Positions 35,624 through 47,798 of a stretch of DNA of 64,000 nucleotides are shown here, piece after piece. Where the stretch lies: assembly GCA_958009085.1 (NCBI GenBank), contig OY253669.1, positions 124,001-188,000 of the forward strand. Reading direction: 5' to 3'. Source of the DNA: Protoeuglena noctilucae. Its lineage: Eukaryota. The translations under genes were made by a program, and so were the position numbers. The notes beneath the pieces were generated by a model. It was not told the DNA's origin and did no database searches. It saw only the letters and a program-made list of their open reading frames with translations. How positions within the stretch are numbered: position 1 is the stretch's first letter; each line of letters begins with the position of its first letter.

Positions 35624-37582
35624 TCACTCCGCCAGGCCCAGCTGCTGCCTGACCCCCCGTGCCAGAATCCCCGCCGCCTGTACCACCTCCTCCCACGTCG
35701 TGTGCCTCCCCACGCTCAGCCGCATCGTGCCCCGCATGCGCTCCACGCTGTACCCCATCGCCGCCAGGACCCCGGAGGGCTTGGCGTCTGCGCTGTGGCA
35801 TGCCGCCCCCGCCGGTGCCGCCACGCCTGGCCGGTCCGGCGCGCACCCTGCTCCCAGCTCCGAGAGCAGAGCGGCAGCATCTAAACCCAGCACGCTCACG
35901 GACGCCGTGTTGGGAAGCCGGCGACTCGCGTCTGCTGGGCCGTTCTCCAATAGCCGATCGGCGGCTGGGCCCAGGTTGGCGCGGAGGGTGTCGACGAGTG
36001 TCGCTCGCAGCGCCTCCATGTGCGCCGTCAGGGCCGCTTGCTCGCGTAATACCACCTTGGCAGCCGCACCCAGCGCCGCCACCATCATCACATTCTCGGT
36101 GCCTGCCCGCCGGCCCCCTTCCTGACCGCCCCCTGCAGGCAGGCGCCCGGGGCACGGCTGCTTTGATGTTGATGCAGCGCAGGTTGGATGGAAGGCATGC
36201 AAGTGCCACAGGACCTACTGTAACCTCAGGTCACACCCTGCGTACCGTGACGTCGCCATCACAGCAGCGTCGGTGCTGGGGCGTACGCGAACTACCACGC
36301 GTGTGGCACTCACCACATAGCATGCGGGCAACCGTGACGTGGGGAGCGACGACCAGTGCCCCGACGCCCTTCGGCGCCCCGAACTTGTGACCCACCACTG
36401 TGACCATGTCCGCATTCAAGGCAGCCATGTCGACAGGAATCTTCCCTGAGGAAAGAAACAAAACAGGGTTGTTAGTTAGGAATACAGGTTAGTACCTGCT
36501 ACTAAATTCCACTTCCACCGTTGGCATCCTGCACAGGCACTGCATGCGCAGCCGAGGGAGAGACGTGGAGGTAGAGACGAGTGTCAACGGCGCAGAGGTT
36601 CGGTAGCAGCTGGCTCTGGGTGGATACCGTGGTTGCCCATCATTACCTATGGACTGGGCCGCGTTACAATGGAGGAGAGCGCCATGGGAGTGTGCCACCC
36701 TTGCGATGGCTGCCACGTCCTGCACCGTCCCGACCTCATTGTTGCCGTGCATGATGCTGACCAGCACCGTCTCGGGTCGCATGGCCGCCTCCACGTCCGC
36801 AGGCGACACTGGGGGCGATACCAGACACGCATGCCAGCAAGGGCGGCCTCCCTCAGGGCAGCTGCGTCAATAGCACCCGCTCCCTACCCGCGCTCAGCAT
36901 GCGCCGGCTGTGACTATTTGTGACTCTCACCGAAGCCCTCCCCGTCCACACCAACCAAAGAGTAGGACAGGAGCCCGTGACCCTCCATCTGCGGGCACTT
37001 GAGCACATAGTGAGGTGCAGAGAGGGTGGTGACTGTTTTGCCTGATACCGCATGCTGGCCGTACGCACCTCCACTAGGAACTGCAGCACGGCAGGGTGCT
37101 CCGTGACACACGAGACGACGTGCGGGACGAACCCTGCGCCCCTCTGCCTTCTTGCGTGCATGCAGGTGCCCCAAATTGCCCAATTGTCCGCCTCAGTCCC
37201 GCACGACACTGCGCGTCTTATTACGGGGAATCGCGGCCTCGCTGCGCTGGTCACGAAGCAAATTGCACATCTGATATGCATATGCATTCTTCTACATGCT
37301 TTCTGCCCCGGCTCCAGCCCTCCCCAGCCCACCAAAGACCACGGAGTCGTCGCTGGGCGCGTTGACGAGTCGCGCTACCGCCGCCCTCGCGTCCTTCACG
37401 ATCGCCTGCGCCGAGCGACCGTACACGTGCCCCGAGCTTGGGTTACCCCAATGCGCGTCCGCGATAGCCGCCGCGACTTCCGGAAAAACCGGCGTGGTGG
37501 CATTGTAATCCAAGTATAAGCACGACTTCGTGGATGGGAGGCACTCCCCGAGGCCGGGGTCGGTTGCTCGGGGACGAGCCAT
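35624..37582 (-). CDS. Class V aminotransferase: NifS-type cysteine desulfurase / selenocysteine lyase-like
   Basis: YLDYNATTP, WGNPSS, SCGTEADN, EHPAV, MHGNNEVGT, VGHKFGAPKG (PLP Lys), GGGQEGGRRAGTEN, GAACHS (catalytic Cys), RLSVGR. All introns restore the frame. Confidence 0.9.
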
Positions 37583-37776
37583 CCTACGCCTGCGCCCGGA
37601 GGGACCCCCGGACGGCAAGGCGTGACACGGCCCACGTGTGACCGCAAGCATGTGCTGCAACGGCCCCACCCGCCCCACCCGAAAATCTCATGAACGATGC
37701 CACCCACCGATGAACAGTCAGGGGTATGTAGATGCGCAAAACGTGGACTTCTGACGTTTGCGGGCTCCTGACTGGC

Positions 37777-38603
37777 ATGTGGGCCACGATCGTTTTGGCA
37801 GGGTTCGTCCTCGGCGTCCTCACAAAATCTATCGTCTTGCCTAGCACTCCCGTCTTGCAACCAGGTAACGGAGGATCGCTCGATAGTACAGAGCACCGCT
37901 CCGATGTTTGCGCGAGGGGTTCAGAGCCTCCTAGCCCGGACCTGCACTAGCGCTGCACACCGCCATCCCCGCGCTCTGCCTGACCCGCGCCTCGCCAGGA
38001 GAACGCTACTGCACTTCAGCTGGCTGGTATCCGCGGCATCGCCTGCGAGAGCCTCAGGCGCGGCCGCATCCGCCTCTTTCCTGTCTCTCCCCTTTGCTGC
38101 CTCGGCAGAAGCAGCACATAAGCTCTGCGTCCACGGCGCGAGCCCTCGCCGCATCGGTGCCTCGCAGACCTTCGCGCGATGGCGTCCGCGACCGGCGTTG
38201 TCGCCTGCTACGTGACCGTTCCGTCCCGGGAGGTCGCGCGAGGCATCGCCGAGTCCCTGATTTCATCCAAGCTGGCCGCGTGCGTCAACGTTATCCCCGG
38301 GGTCGAGTCCATGTACTGGTGGCAGGGCAAGATGGAGGTCGACAACGAGCTTCTGCTCATGATCAAGACACGCGAGGCCCTGGTCGGGTGAGGCGACCTT
38401 AACCATCAATGCTGGGCAGCTTCACGGCTCAGCACGCGCCGCCACTGATCGAAGCGTAGCACTATCGCTTGGCGCGCAGGGAGCTGACCGAAAAGGTACG
38501 CGCCGCACACCCGTACGATGTCTGCGAGGTCATTTGCGTCCCAGTGACTGGCGGAAACCAGCCGTACCTTGAGTGGGTCCTCGAGAGCACCAAGGAGGTC
38601 TGA
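37777..38603 (+). CDS. CUTA: CutA divalent-cation tolerance protein, probably with an upstream hydrophobic N-terminal exon
   Basis: Core 38179-38603: YVTVPS..KLAACVNVIPGVESMYWWQG..LMIKT../..HPYDVCEVI. The upstream exon MWATIVLAGFVLGVL..QP splices in frame (ccag|gtaacg at 37865 to ctcgcag at 38167); this part is inferred. Confidence 0.9.
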
Positions 38604-38637
38604 CCGACGATTCAATCGTCGCTCACACAGTCAATAC

Positions 38638-40310
38638 CTAGGCCATACCGGCGTCGTCATCCAGGCGCAGGCGTCCCTGCCCGTCCCCGTAGCCTAGTGA
38701 GTGCCCGCGTGTGTCCCACCGATTATGCACGGCGTAGGCGCTCCAACCCCCGGAGCCCAATACCCCCGCCGGCCCCGGACCCCGGCCGCCCACGCCCGCA
38801 AAGCCCTGCGGCGCGCCAGGGGCTGCGTGCGGGCGACCCGGGACAGGGCCCGCTCCGCCCCCGTCGTCCCGCGCCCACTGGCCCCCGCCTGCGTGTGTCG
38901 CCTGGCCGTGTCTCGAGGCAGGCTCCTGTTGAAAGGCCGTGCGGCGGACGAGCGCGGTGGCTGTGTCCGCAGCTGCCCTGGAGAGCCCGGTTGCCAAATC
39001 TTGCGCCCCTCCTGCCGACGCCTCGCTCGGCGGTCGCCTGCGAGGTTCGCGGCAGGTAGCTGTCAGCCAGGCGACACGCGGCTCGTCACCACCCACCCCA
39101 TGCGCAGCAGCAGCTCATGCGCGTCTCACCCCTCTGAGTGTCGGAGTGCCCGGTCCAGAAACTCCTGGAGGACATGCATATCGAGCAGGCCCGTGATGGG
39201 CGCGCAGCGCATGTGGAAGTCGCCTGCGGGGACCAGCCAGACTGCCTGCTCTTAGACCGATGCCGCGCCACGCACTGACACAGCAGCATAGGGTCTATGG
39301 CTGGTGTGAAAAGCCGCACCTGCCACGCAGCCGGGGAGCTTGCCCTCCGTGTCGAAGAGAGGCAGGCCACCGTCGCTGCCCGCGTCCAGCCACCGCCGTG
39401 ACCGACTCGCCACCAGCCCAGCCGGCACCAGTCGCCCTACCTCCGACCGAGCCCAACTCAAGACCCTGCGACGAGGAGAGACCCAGACCCATAGCACATA
39501 TCGAGACAACGTCGCGAGCACTCGTGATGTCCCGCCTGACACCCCGGCAGGGCCGCACGCTCTCCGTGTGCTCGCCTGTCGATTTGCTGGGCCACCCCCG
39601 CCGGCAGGAGTCGCGTGACCAGCCCTGCGCGGCCCGTCTTGTCGGCCATCGTCCCCACGGTCAGCGTCGGCAGTCGCGGAGGGGGCTGGGGTGCCGAGCC
39701 AGACGTCCTTGGGGGCCCTTCACCCAAAAGCGCCCACTGCTCCCGCAGATACCTGAGACAGAGCGCTTCAAGGGACGTTTGTGAACTAGTAACAGCTAAA
39801 CAACTCGAAGCAGTGGTCGGACGCGGCCTCGCGGTGTCTGGCGAAGTACATTCCGAGTTCTCACCGGTCGAGGCCGTAACCAGAGCTCGCTGCGTGCACC
39901 AGGATCACCCCGTCCGCCTGCGCCGCCAGCGTCCGACGGATATCCTCGTATTTCGCCGCACCGCCCGTGTCGTAGAGCTCCACAAACACCGGCTGCCCGC
40001 GCTTCGGGTCTAAACAAAAGCGGCCCGTGCCTGCATCCCTGGACCCCGCAGCGACGTGGACATCGCAGCCCACTGTCGGCGCAGACCTCCCTGCGACCGG
40101 ACGAAGCGGCCCTGGCACCCGTCACGACAGCTCCCAGGCCGCCCACCATCGAAGGGGAGGCCCGGCCATGGACTTACCAAGTGCGTCGGCGTCCCCGCAA
40201 ATCGCTTGGCACAGGGTCGTCTTTCCAGTGCCCGGCGCCCCCACTACGACGATTCTCACGGTATGCACACGCTCAAGGTTCACAACGTTGGGCCACTCGC
40301 CAGCCCACAT
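38638..40310 (-). CDS. Atypical Rab-like small GTPase, RABL3/LIP1-like
   Basis: VRIVVVGAPGTGKTT (G1), PTVGCDVHV (G2), FVELYDTGG (G3), ADGVILVH; long Gly-rich C-terminus. Confidence 0.75.
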
Positions 40311-40458
40311 GAGCGGTGGCCCTGCCTATCCTACAAGAATGCGTGGTCTAGCGCTTCTGCGGGGAACACGCTACATGTCTGCAACCCTCACGGTCGTCGG
40401 TCCAGGAAAGCAGAGCTGCTGGGCGTCAGCCGCGGCTGCGCAACCGCAAGAATCGTTA

Positions 40459-41035
40459 TCACTGGGGGCCCACGACCACCATGTAAGGCCTGACTTCGTA
40501 AGAGGGAACGAGGCCGTTCTTGACGTATGGGTCCGCCTTGACAAAGGACTCGACCTCGTCCTGGGGAGGCGGCACGTGAGTTGATGTGGCATCATCGAGC
40601 TTCTCCACGCGCTCCTTGCAGCGATAGGGCCCCAGTACCACGCGTCACCTTCGTAACGTCTTTGAAGATGAACAGAGCGCCGTCGACAGGCTCCGCCAGC
40701 GCCCCAGCCATCACCATCTTGCCGGCGTCAAGCATCTGCCGTGCCCCGGCCAAGTGCTGCTCCCTGTAAGGCCCGCGCTGCGAGCGAGGAGACCGTGTTG
40801 ATCGTTTCAGCTGCCGAGAGCGCATGGCCGCTCTCCCCGGCCACCAGACCGTCACCAACGGATGGGCGTGGCCAAACCTGCAACGTACCTTCTCGAGAAT
40901 GTCGGGGACGTACTTGTAGAGCAGTGCGTAGTATCCTTTCGTCGCCCCAGACTGTGCCCTCACTTGCATCGCGCTGAACCTCCCGCGAGAGACGCGCGAC
41001 GCTGGGCCTCCCAGCCGGGCCAACGCCGACAGCAT
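40459..41035 (-). CDS. YciI-family protein with organellar transit peptide
   Basis: YKYVPDILEK/RGPYREQHL..MAGALAEPVDGALFIF../..FVKADPYVKNGLV: the R-x-x-H, AG and DPY motifs of YciI. Confidence 0.88.
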
Positions 41036-41270
41036 CCGTGCAGCGCGGTCAGAGGTCGGGTCGGATACCGAGATGAATCGTGATACTCGCGCGCTGTGGC
41101 ACCTGGTTTCATCGCCAGGGGTTCAGGCTGGCAACGGCACTGGCAGCAACGTTTGGCTCCTACCGGGCAGAAAAGCATGCGTTGAGTGCAACTTGCAACA
41201 TTAAAAGGTGTTTGTTTATCGACTCCTGCGTTCCGCGCGCCCTGGGGACGTGACCGTCGGCAGCAGCAGC

Positions 41271-42518
41271 ATGCGCGCAGGTAAGGCGCGCGCTCGCTCC
41301 TTGCACGCGTGCCTGCGAGCTGCAAAACACAGAGTTGCCAACTGTGTGCTGCAGAGCAAACAGCTGCCAACGATGTGCTGCTCAGTACGCAGTTCTGGCC
41401 GCTGTAGCGGCCCTTGCGCTGGCGGCGACCGCGTGGGCGCAGCAGTCGACGCCCTCTGCCCCGACGGACTACGCGTGCGTGGGCCGGATCAACGCCGCGG
41501 GCCAGGCGTCGCTGTCGGTCGCGCCGGACAAGGCCGTGACCGCCTGGTCACTTCACATCAACGCCACGGACGCCAACAGCCCGCTGGTTACCCAGGCGGA
41601 CGCCCGCAACGCCACGGCGACAATCTTGCAGAACATCTTCTCGCAGCTCGGGGCGGACGGAATCCCCCAGCAGGCCCTTCAAACGGACAGCATCACCTTC
41701 TCGCCCATCAATCAGCGCGTCAAGGTGCTGCGGACGGACCTCGAGCCGCAGCTCACGTGCTGGTGCCAGGACGGCTGGGCGATGAAGAGCGACTGCTTCA
41801 CGTGGCAGGACCAGACGTCGGGGTGGAGCGCCACCGTGGCCTTCTCCGTGACGCTGACGGGAGCCAGCGTCGACCCCAAGACGCTCTCCGACGTCATCAG
41901 CAAGGCGAGGCCCGCGAAAGCCAGCTTGTCGGTGTCCCGGCCTTGCCGTCTGTTCACCGCGGCTGTAACGAATCTTCCTGGCTTGTCCCAGGTCCTCGCG
42001 GCGGGCAAGGACAATGTGACGCTCACCGACCTCCGCTTCGACTTGTCCAGCGACCTCCGCCAGAAGTCGGAGCTCGCCGTCGCCACCAAGGCCGTCGCGG
42101 ACGCCAGGAGCAAGGCAGACGCCTTTGCGCAGGCGGCCGGCGGCCGGCTGCAGCTTCCGCTGAAGGTCCAGGAGACGCCCATTACGGACGACAGCATCGG
42201 GACGCCCATCACGCTGACGCCGGTGCCCACCGCACAGCCCGCCCAGACGTCGGCCGGTGTGGCGACGTTAGCCACCAGGTGCGCCGCGCATGCGTGCCTC
42301 CCTGGCACCCTGTGCTGTCCTCGCTGATAATGGCCGTCCTGTGCGTGCGTGCGTGCGTGCGCAGGAATGTCGCCTCGCCGCTGGTGATGGCGGCCAAAGC
42401 GGCGCCCCAGACCGAGGCGGCGGTCTCCATGGATCCCTCCGCGGCACTGCCGGTCGCCCCCAAGCCCGTCGTGCTCTCCCAGGACATGTACGTCCTCTTC
42501 TCCATGTGCGCTGCCTGA
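41271..42518 (+). CDS. Secreted SIMPL/DUF541 (YggE-like) domain protein
   Basis: MRA/VLAAVAALALAATAWA signal peptide; GQASLSVAPDKA, LQTDSITFSP, LRFDLS, AVADARSKADAFAQAAG are typical SIMPL motifs. Confidence 0.8.
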   Translation: MRAGKARARSLHACLRAAKHRVANCVLQSKQLPTMCCSVRSSGRCSGPCAGGDRVGAAVDALCPDGLRVRGPDQRRGPGVAVGRAGQGRDRLVTSHQRHGRQQPAGYPGGRPQRHGDNLAEHLLAARGGRNPPAGPSNGQHHLLAHQSARQGAADGPRAAAHVLVPGRLGDEERLLHVAGPDVGVERHRGLLRDADGSQRRPQDALRRHQQGEARESQLVGVPALPSVHRGCNESSWLVPGPRGGQGQCDAHRPPLRLVQRPPPEVGARRRHQGRRGRQEQGRRLCAGGRRPAAASAEGPGDAHYGRQHRDAHHADAGAHRTARPDVGRCGDVSHQVRRACVPPWHPVLSSLIMAVLCVRACVRRNVASPLVMAAKAAPQTEAAVSMDPSAALPVAPKPVVLSQDMYVLFSMCAA

Positions 42519-42770
42519 GGATTGTCAAGTTGTGCCACCGAGGGGCTCAGGAAGGCGTCGCTTAGGGGTGGTTTCTGGCGAGGGGGTGCGGTCCGAAAAC
42601 TGTTGGCTCCCTGGCCGCGCTGGATCCGAAAGAACTACATCCCGGCGCTTGTTTCGCAACGCAACTGAAATTGCGGCGCCTCTTTCGGGCCGTGAGGGTG
42701 ACCTCGACCTTCCGGGGGCTGCCTCCCGCCCGCGCGCCCGCGGCCGTGCCGGGACCCGGCGCGTCCTGCC

Positions 42771-45700
42771 ATGAGCGCGGTTGGGGCATGCAGCGCGCGC
42801 CCGGCTCCCTCGTGGGCGCGGGGCAGGCGCGCCGGCCCGAGGGGGGTGGTTGTGCGGTCTGCCGAGAACGGGGTGTCCACGCAGACGGGGAGCGAGCTGC
42901 AGCAGCTGAAGCTCGAAATCGAGCGTCTCAAGAACGAGAACTTGGCGCTGAAGATGCGCCTGGGCGTAGGTCGGGCCGCGCGGGGGCCTGTCGGGGAGGG
43001 GAGCCGGGCTGTGCGGCCAGCGAAGACCCCGTGTCGTCCGGGGCGCGCGCCGCCCCACACGTAACCGGCCGCGCTCGGCTGGGTTGCGACGCATCGCAGG
43101 AGCCCGCCCCGCCCCCGCAGAGGCAGGAGTGGTGAAGACCGACGCCCCGGCGAGCCTGCCGCCGGAAGCGGAGGATGTGCAGCCCAAACACAGCGACGCC
43201 ATGACGGGTGAGGACCGCGGCGCGCGCGCGAGATGCAATGCTGCGATTCGCGGTCCCGAGGCTCGTCCGGACTCGCGACCGGCGCCCGGGGGCCGGGCTG
43301 GATCATGCTTCCCGCTATCGTGCGCGCCCCGGGCTCGAGCCCCCGCGGCGCGCTCGGAGGGCTGCGCCGCTCCTTCGCATATATCCTCCTCTCTCCCCGC
43401 GTGCCCCCGGCGCCGCCCCTAGCCCCGCGACGGTTGCTCCAGCTCATGGCGACCCCGTCTCTCGCGCAGAGGAGGAAATCGCGGAGCTGTTGCAGGACGG
43501 CATCCGCTGGCCCGAGCGAGGCGAGGCCAATTTCTGGGAGAGGCCTCCGCGCACGTCCCCGCCGCCGTTCGAGCTGTACGACACGGGCGGGGGCGCCGAC
43601 GTGGTGCATCCCCGGGACAGGATCGCCCTCCACATCGTCCACATCACGGGTGAGCCATCCGCTGCAATTTATGCGACGCTCTTTCGTCATGCGTTCTCCG
43701 CTAGTGGGCGTCGCGCGCGCAGGGCGACCATACGTGCGTCACGGGACCATGCGAGCAGAGTGATGCCCACGGTCGTGTGACCATTCCCGTGCTCGCCCCT
43801 GTTCCCGCAGCTGAGATGGCCCCGGTCGCCAAGGTCGGGGGCCTGGGTGACGTGGTGACGGGCCTGAGCAAGGCCGTCATGGACCGGGGTCACAACGTGG
43901 AGGTCATCCTTCCCTTTTACGAATCCCTAGAGACGCACCGCGGCACGGCCGTCATGACGCAGCCGACGCTCGAGATGAGCTTCCAGTGCCCCAAGGGGCG
44001 CGTCTGGGACGGCGTCATGCAGCTGGGGGAGCTGCAGACCGAGGTCTACCGGTGCGAGATCGACGGCGTGCCCGTGGCTCTCATCCGCCCGGACTGGGGG
44101 CAGAGCAACCTGTTCAAGGTGCGCGGGTGGCGAGCAGGGGTTTCTAGTCTCGCTCTCGGCTGCTTCGATAGTTGCTTTGACTGCTGACCGTACGCTCCTC
44201 CTGACGCTCACCGTGGCTGACGTGGACAATAATGTGTGGAATGTGTGTCCCCCGCAGGGCGGCAAGATCTATGGTGGCTCTTACAACGAGCCCGAGGCGT
44301 ACCTGTACTTCTGCCGCGCCGCGCTCGAGTACCTGCTGCGCAGCGGGCGCAACCCGAACGTGCTGCACATCCACGAGTGGCAAGCGAGCGCCGCAGGTGC
44401 GGACACAAGCCTGTTGTGACTTCGTAACTGTTCTTCTCTTTGCTGTCTTCATCCCTCAAGTCGGCTGAGACGGAAGGGCATGCGAGCGGTGTGCCCCGCT
44501 GGGTGCTTCGACTGGTCTGAGTTGCTCTGCCTGTTCTGCCTGTGTCCCTCGCCCTCGCAGCCCTGTTGTACTGGATATAGCTCTGCTGTACTGGATAGCT
44601 CTGCCTACTATGCCCATGTCGTTCGCCCTCGCAGCGCTGCTTTACTGGGACTTCTTCCACGGCGTGGGCCTCACGCTGTGCCGGGTCGTGCTGACCATCC
44701 ACAACGTGGGCAACTCGGGGGAGATCAGCCAGCAGGAGTTCAGCGTCACGGGCGTGCCGGGAAACTTGTTTGCCACCATCGACAAGGCACTGGACGAGCG
44801 CACGGTGAGCGGGAATGCGAGAGTGGAGTCGGGGCAGATGATGAACATGCGCAGAGCCATGGGGGCTTTCTTACTTGGTTGATTCGACACTCCAGGGAAT
44901 GCCGATACCGGTCACCGCGATAGTGACGGGTGGCAACGAAGGCATTGGCCACTCTGACTCCGACCTTCTCGCCCCCGCCGCTGCAGATCGGTCACAACCC
45001 CGAGCGCCTCAACCTCCTCAAGGGCGGCATCATTTACTCCAACGCAGTCACGACCGTGTCGCCCACCTACAAGGTCGAGACATTGGAGCGCGGCGCGGCG
45101 GGGTGGCTCGCGTGAGTGTCTCGCGCCGCTCCGTGATTCTACCATATCCAGCGTGTTGTGTGTTCCTTGCTTTCCGTCCCTCGCCTTTCCTCGGCTCCAT
45201 CCCAGCTCTCTCTTTGACACGAAGAGCGTCGCCGCGGTTCCCACCCACCCAACACCCTTTCTGGCCCCGCAGCACCACGCTGAACCGCCCTGACGTCAGG
45301 CCCAAGTATTCTGGCATCCTCAACGGCATCGACATCGAGGCGTGGAACCCCACGGCGGACCCGACGATCCCCGCGCCCTTCTCCCCCGAAGTCCTCACCA
45401 CCAAGGCCCTATGCAAAAAGTACCTGCAGAGGGGCCTTGGGCTCGCGGAGAACCCCAACGCGCCGCTCTTCGTCTGCATCACCCGGCTGGTGAGCCGGCA
45501 GTCGGCATAGCTGGGGCGGTCGGGGTGGTGTGGTGTCCCAGCATGAGTGTGCTGTGCTCTCCATGACTTACTCAACCAATTGTGGCGTGCTTTGGCGTGT
45601 TGGGAGCAATCTCACCACTGGATGTGTACAACACCGCCCGCAGGTGCCCCAGAAGGGCATCCACATGATCGCGCGCGCCATCCGCAAGGCCAACGAGAGC

Positions 45701-46287
45701 GGGGCGCAGTTCGTGCTTCTGGGGACGGGGCACGCGGACGGGGAGTTCAAGAAAATGGCGGAGCACGAATTCCGCAACTCGGACAGGCGAGCGGCGGAGC
45801 TGGCGGGCGCCGCGAGACGCACATTAGCACCTGCGCAGGGCGGCTGCATGGCCGCAGTCGTACCGATACCATCACCATGCCTCCCTTCCCTCGCAGGGTC
45901 AAGTGCCTGCTCTTCTTCAGCGAGCGCCTGTCGCACCTCTTATACGCGGCGAGCGACTTCACGGTCGTCCCGTCGATGTTCGAGCCCTGCGGCCTCACCC
46001 AGATGATTGCAATGCGGTATGGGTCTGTGCCCGTGGTGCGGAAGACGGGCGGCCTGGCGGATACGGTCCAAGATGTGGACGCGGACGCTGGCGAGGGGAA
46101 CGGGTTTGTGTTCGAGGGGGCGGGGGACCACGACATGGCCGTGTGCATGGACCGGGCTCTGAGGCGGTACCACCAGGGCGGCGAGGGGTGGAAGGACCTC
46201 GTGCGGAGGAACATGAAGCGCGACGTGAGCTGGGGCAAGTCCGCCGCGGCGTACGCCAAGCTCTACTTCGAGATCGGGTTTGATTGA
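42771..46287 (+). CDS. Soluble starch synthase (GT5), SS4-related, most like the SS6 type
   Basis: Transit peptide and short coiled coil, WP..FW motif, HIVHIT/AEMAPVAKVGGLGDV, LDERT/IGHNPERLNLLKGG, GILNGID, TRL/VPQKG, VPSMFEPCGLTQ, KTGGLADTV. Confidence 0.93.
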
Positions 46288-46758
46288 GCGGCAGGGCCGG
46301 AGGGGCTGGGGCTGCCAGTCGGCGCGTCTTGGCCAACACACGGCACGGCCTGCCCCGATGTCCGCCGGGCCGCGGGCCGCCTGGACTGGCATCCCGCGAC
46401 GTGACCCCCCTGTCCTCTCCAACCTGCACGGTAGATGTGTCGCGCACTTTTCCTGGCGAGGCCGCCTCCGCTGCGAGCCGTCACCCTCGGCTGGCTGCGA
46501 GGCTGCAGGTCGCCGAGCACGCTTTTCCCTACGTTGGGATGCCTCATGTACAAGCAGACGTTTTCCAGCTGCCGGGCCTGGTGCCGGCCCACAGCAAAGC
46601 CCCTTACCCTTCGCTCTGAGGTTCCCCATTTCCCCGTCACGCGCCGCTTCATATCTTCAAACCATTGAAGAGAGAACTCTGATGAAAGCGGGCGACGTGA
46701 GACGCGCCAAATAATCCTTACTAGTCCTCCTTGTCCTGATATGCGTCCTGATGTATCA

Positions 46759-47182
46759 CTAGGCGCCCACTCCGTCAATGACCTCGCTCGTCTCGGATCG
46801 CGGCGACGAGATTCGAACGTTTGACTCCCGGGTGTCGCGAGCCGCCCTGCTCTCCGGCACGGGCGGAGGAGGGTCGCCGGGCTCCACAGGCCCCGGGCCT
46901 TCCCTGGGGAGCGTGTCTTGCGGTACCGGGCTCGGGTTGTCCCGCACCGGACCCACCACCGCCGTCGTTTGCTGCAGAGGAGGTGCGCGTAGCGGAGCAA
47001 GTCAAGGAAGCCGCATGCAACGGAGGCGTGCACTCTGGGCAGGGCGCATCGTGGGCGAGGGAGAGGTCCCTTACCTGCACGAGCTCCCTGTTGGCGATGG
47101 TGGGTGACACGGTGGGGCCGCCGCGAGGCCCGGGCCGCTCCTCCGGCTGATCTCCGGCCGGAGTGCTCTTCACGCAGCCCAT
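46759..47182 (-). CDS. Small two-exon Pro-rich protein with N-terminal MGCxxS acylation motif
   Basis: MGCVKSTPAG..RELVQ|gtaagg intron ..ctgcag|QTTAVVGPVRDNP..IDGVGA*; the phase-0 join is in frame. Confidence 0.55.
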
Positions 47183-47798
47183 GTCTCGCCGATTGGACCC
47201 CAAGCGTCGATTTCTGCGGGCAGAGCGTGAAACCTTGCGGTTGGCGGGGCAGGGGCGACGCATTGGCCGAGGCAAAATCGCTCTTCGCAGCGCTTAGCTG
47301 CGCACGTTACAGATTTCCCGAGATGCGTCACCTGTTTCTCAACAAAGGACCGCGTAACCGTGAGGCAAGGGCGCGCGAGATGAGGCTGGCTGCTACGCAA
47401 GCTTAGGCGTGCTAATTCACACCTGCAAAAGTGAATGAGCTCTGAACAGGCAAATGAACGCCAATTCCACGAGGAGACGCCGTTTTGGCTGCCCACGACT
47501 GGCATTCCTGCGTCTGACATGTTGGCGCGAGCTGCAGCTCACTGCGCGCGCCTTCCCCCGGTCACGCGGAAAGCACGTGTTCTGTGACCTACCACAGCGA
47601 TTTATGTCACGTCAAGTCTAGAGTTGGCGCGCTCTGGGAAGCACACATCGGACTAGAGGGTCGCCGCCCTTCGTGGAGCCGCACAGACGCGTGCCTGCCC
47701 TTCCATTGCCAGTACTCTTAGGATCTCTGAAGGAGCAGGGCGCGGGCCGGACTCAAGCCGGCTGGGGGCGGCCCGCAGGGGCATGTGGCGTGGGCGCC

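Noticed and set aside
19212..37582. Selenium gene cluster (SECp43-like RRM protein plus SCLY-like enzyme)
   Set aside because: The RRM protein has three RRMs (RBP45/47 type), the genes are about 14 kb apart, and no in-frame UGA selenoprotein was found.
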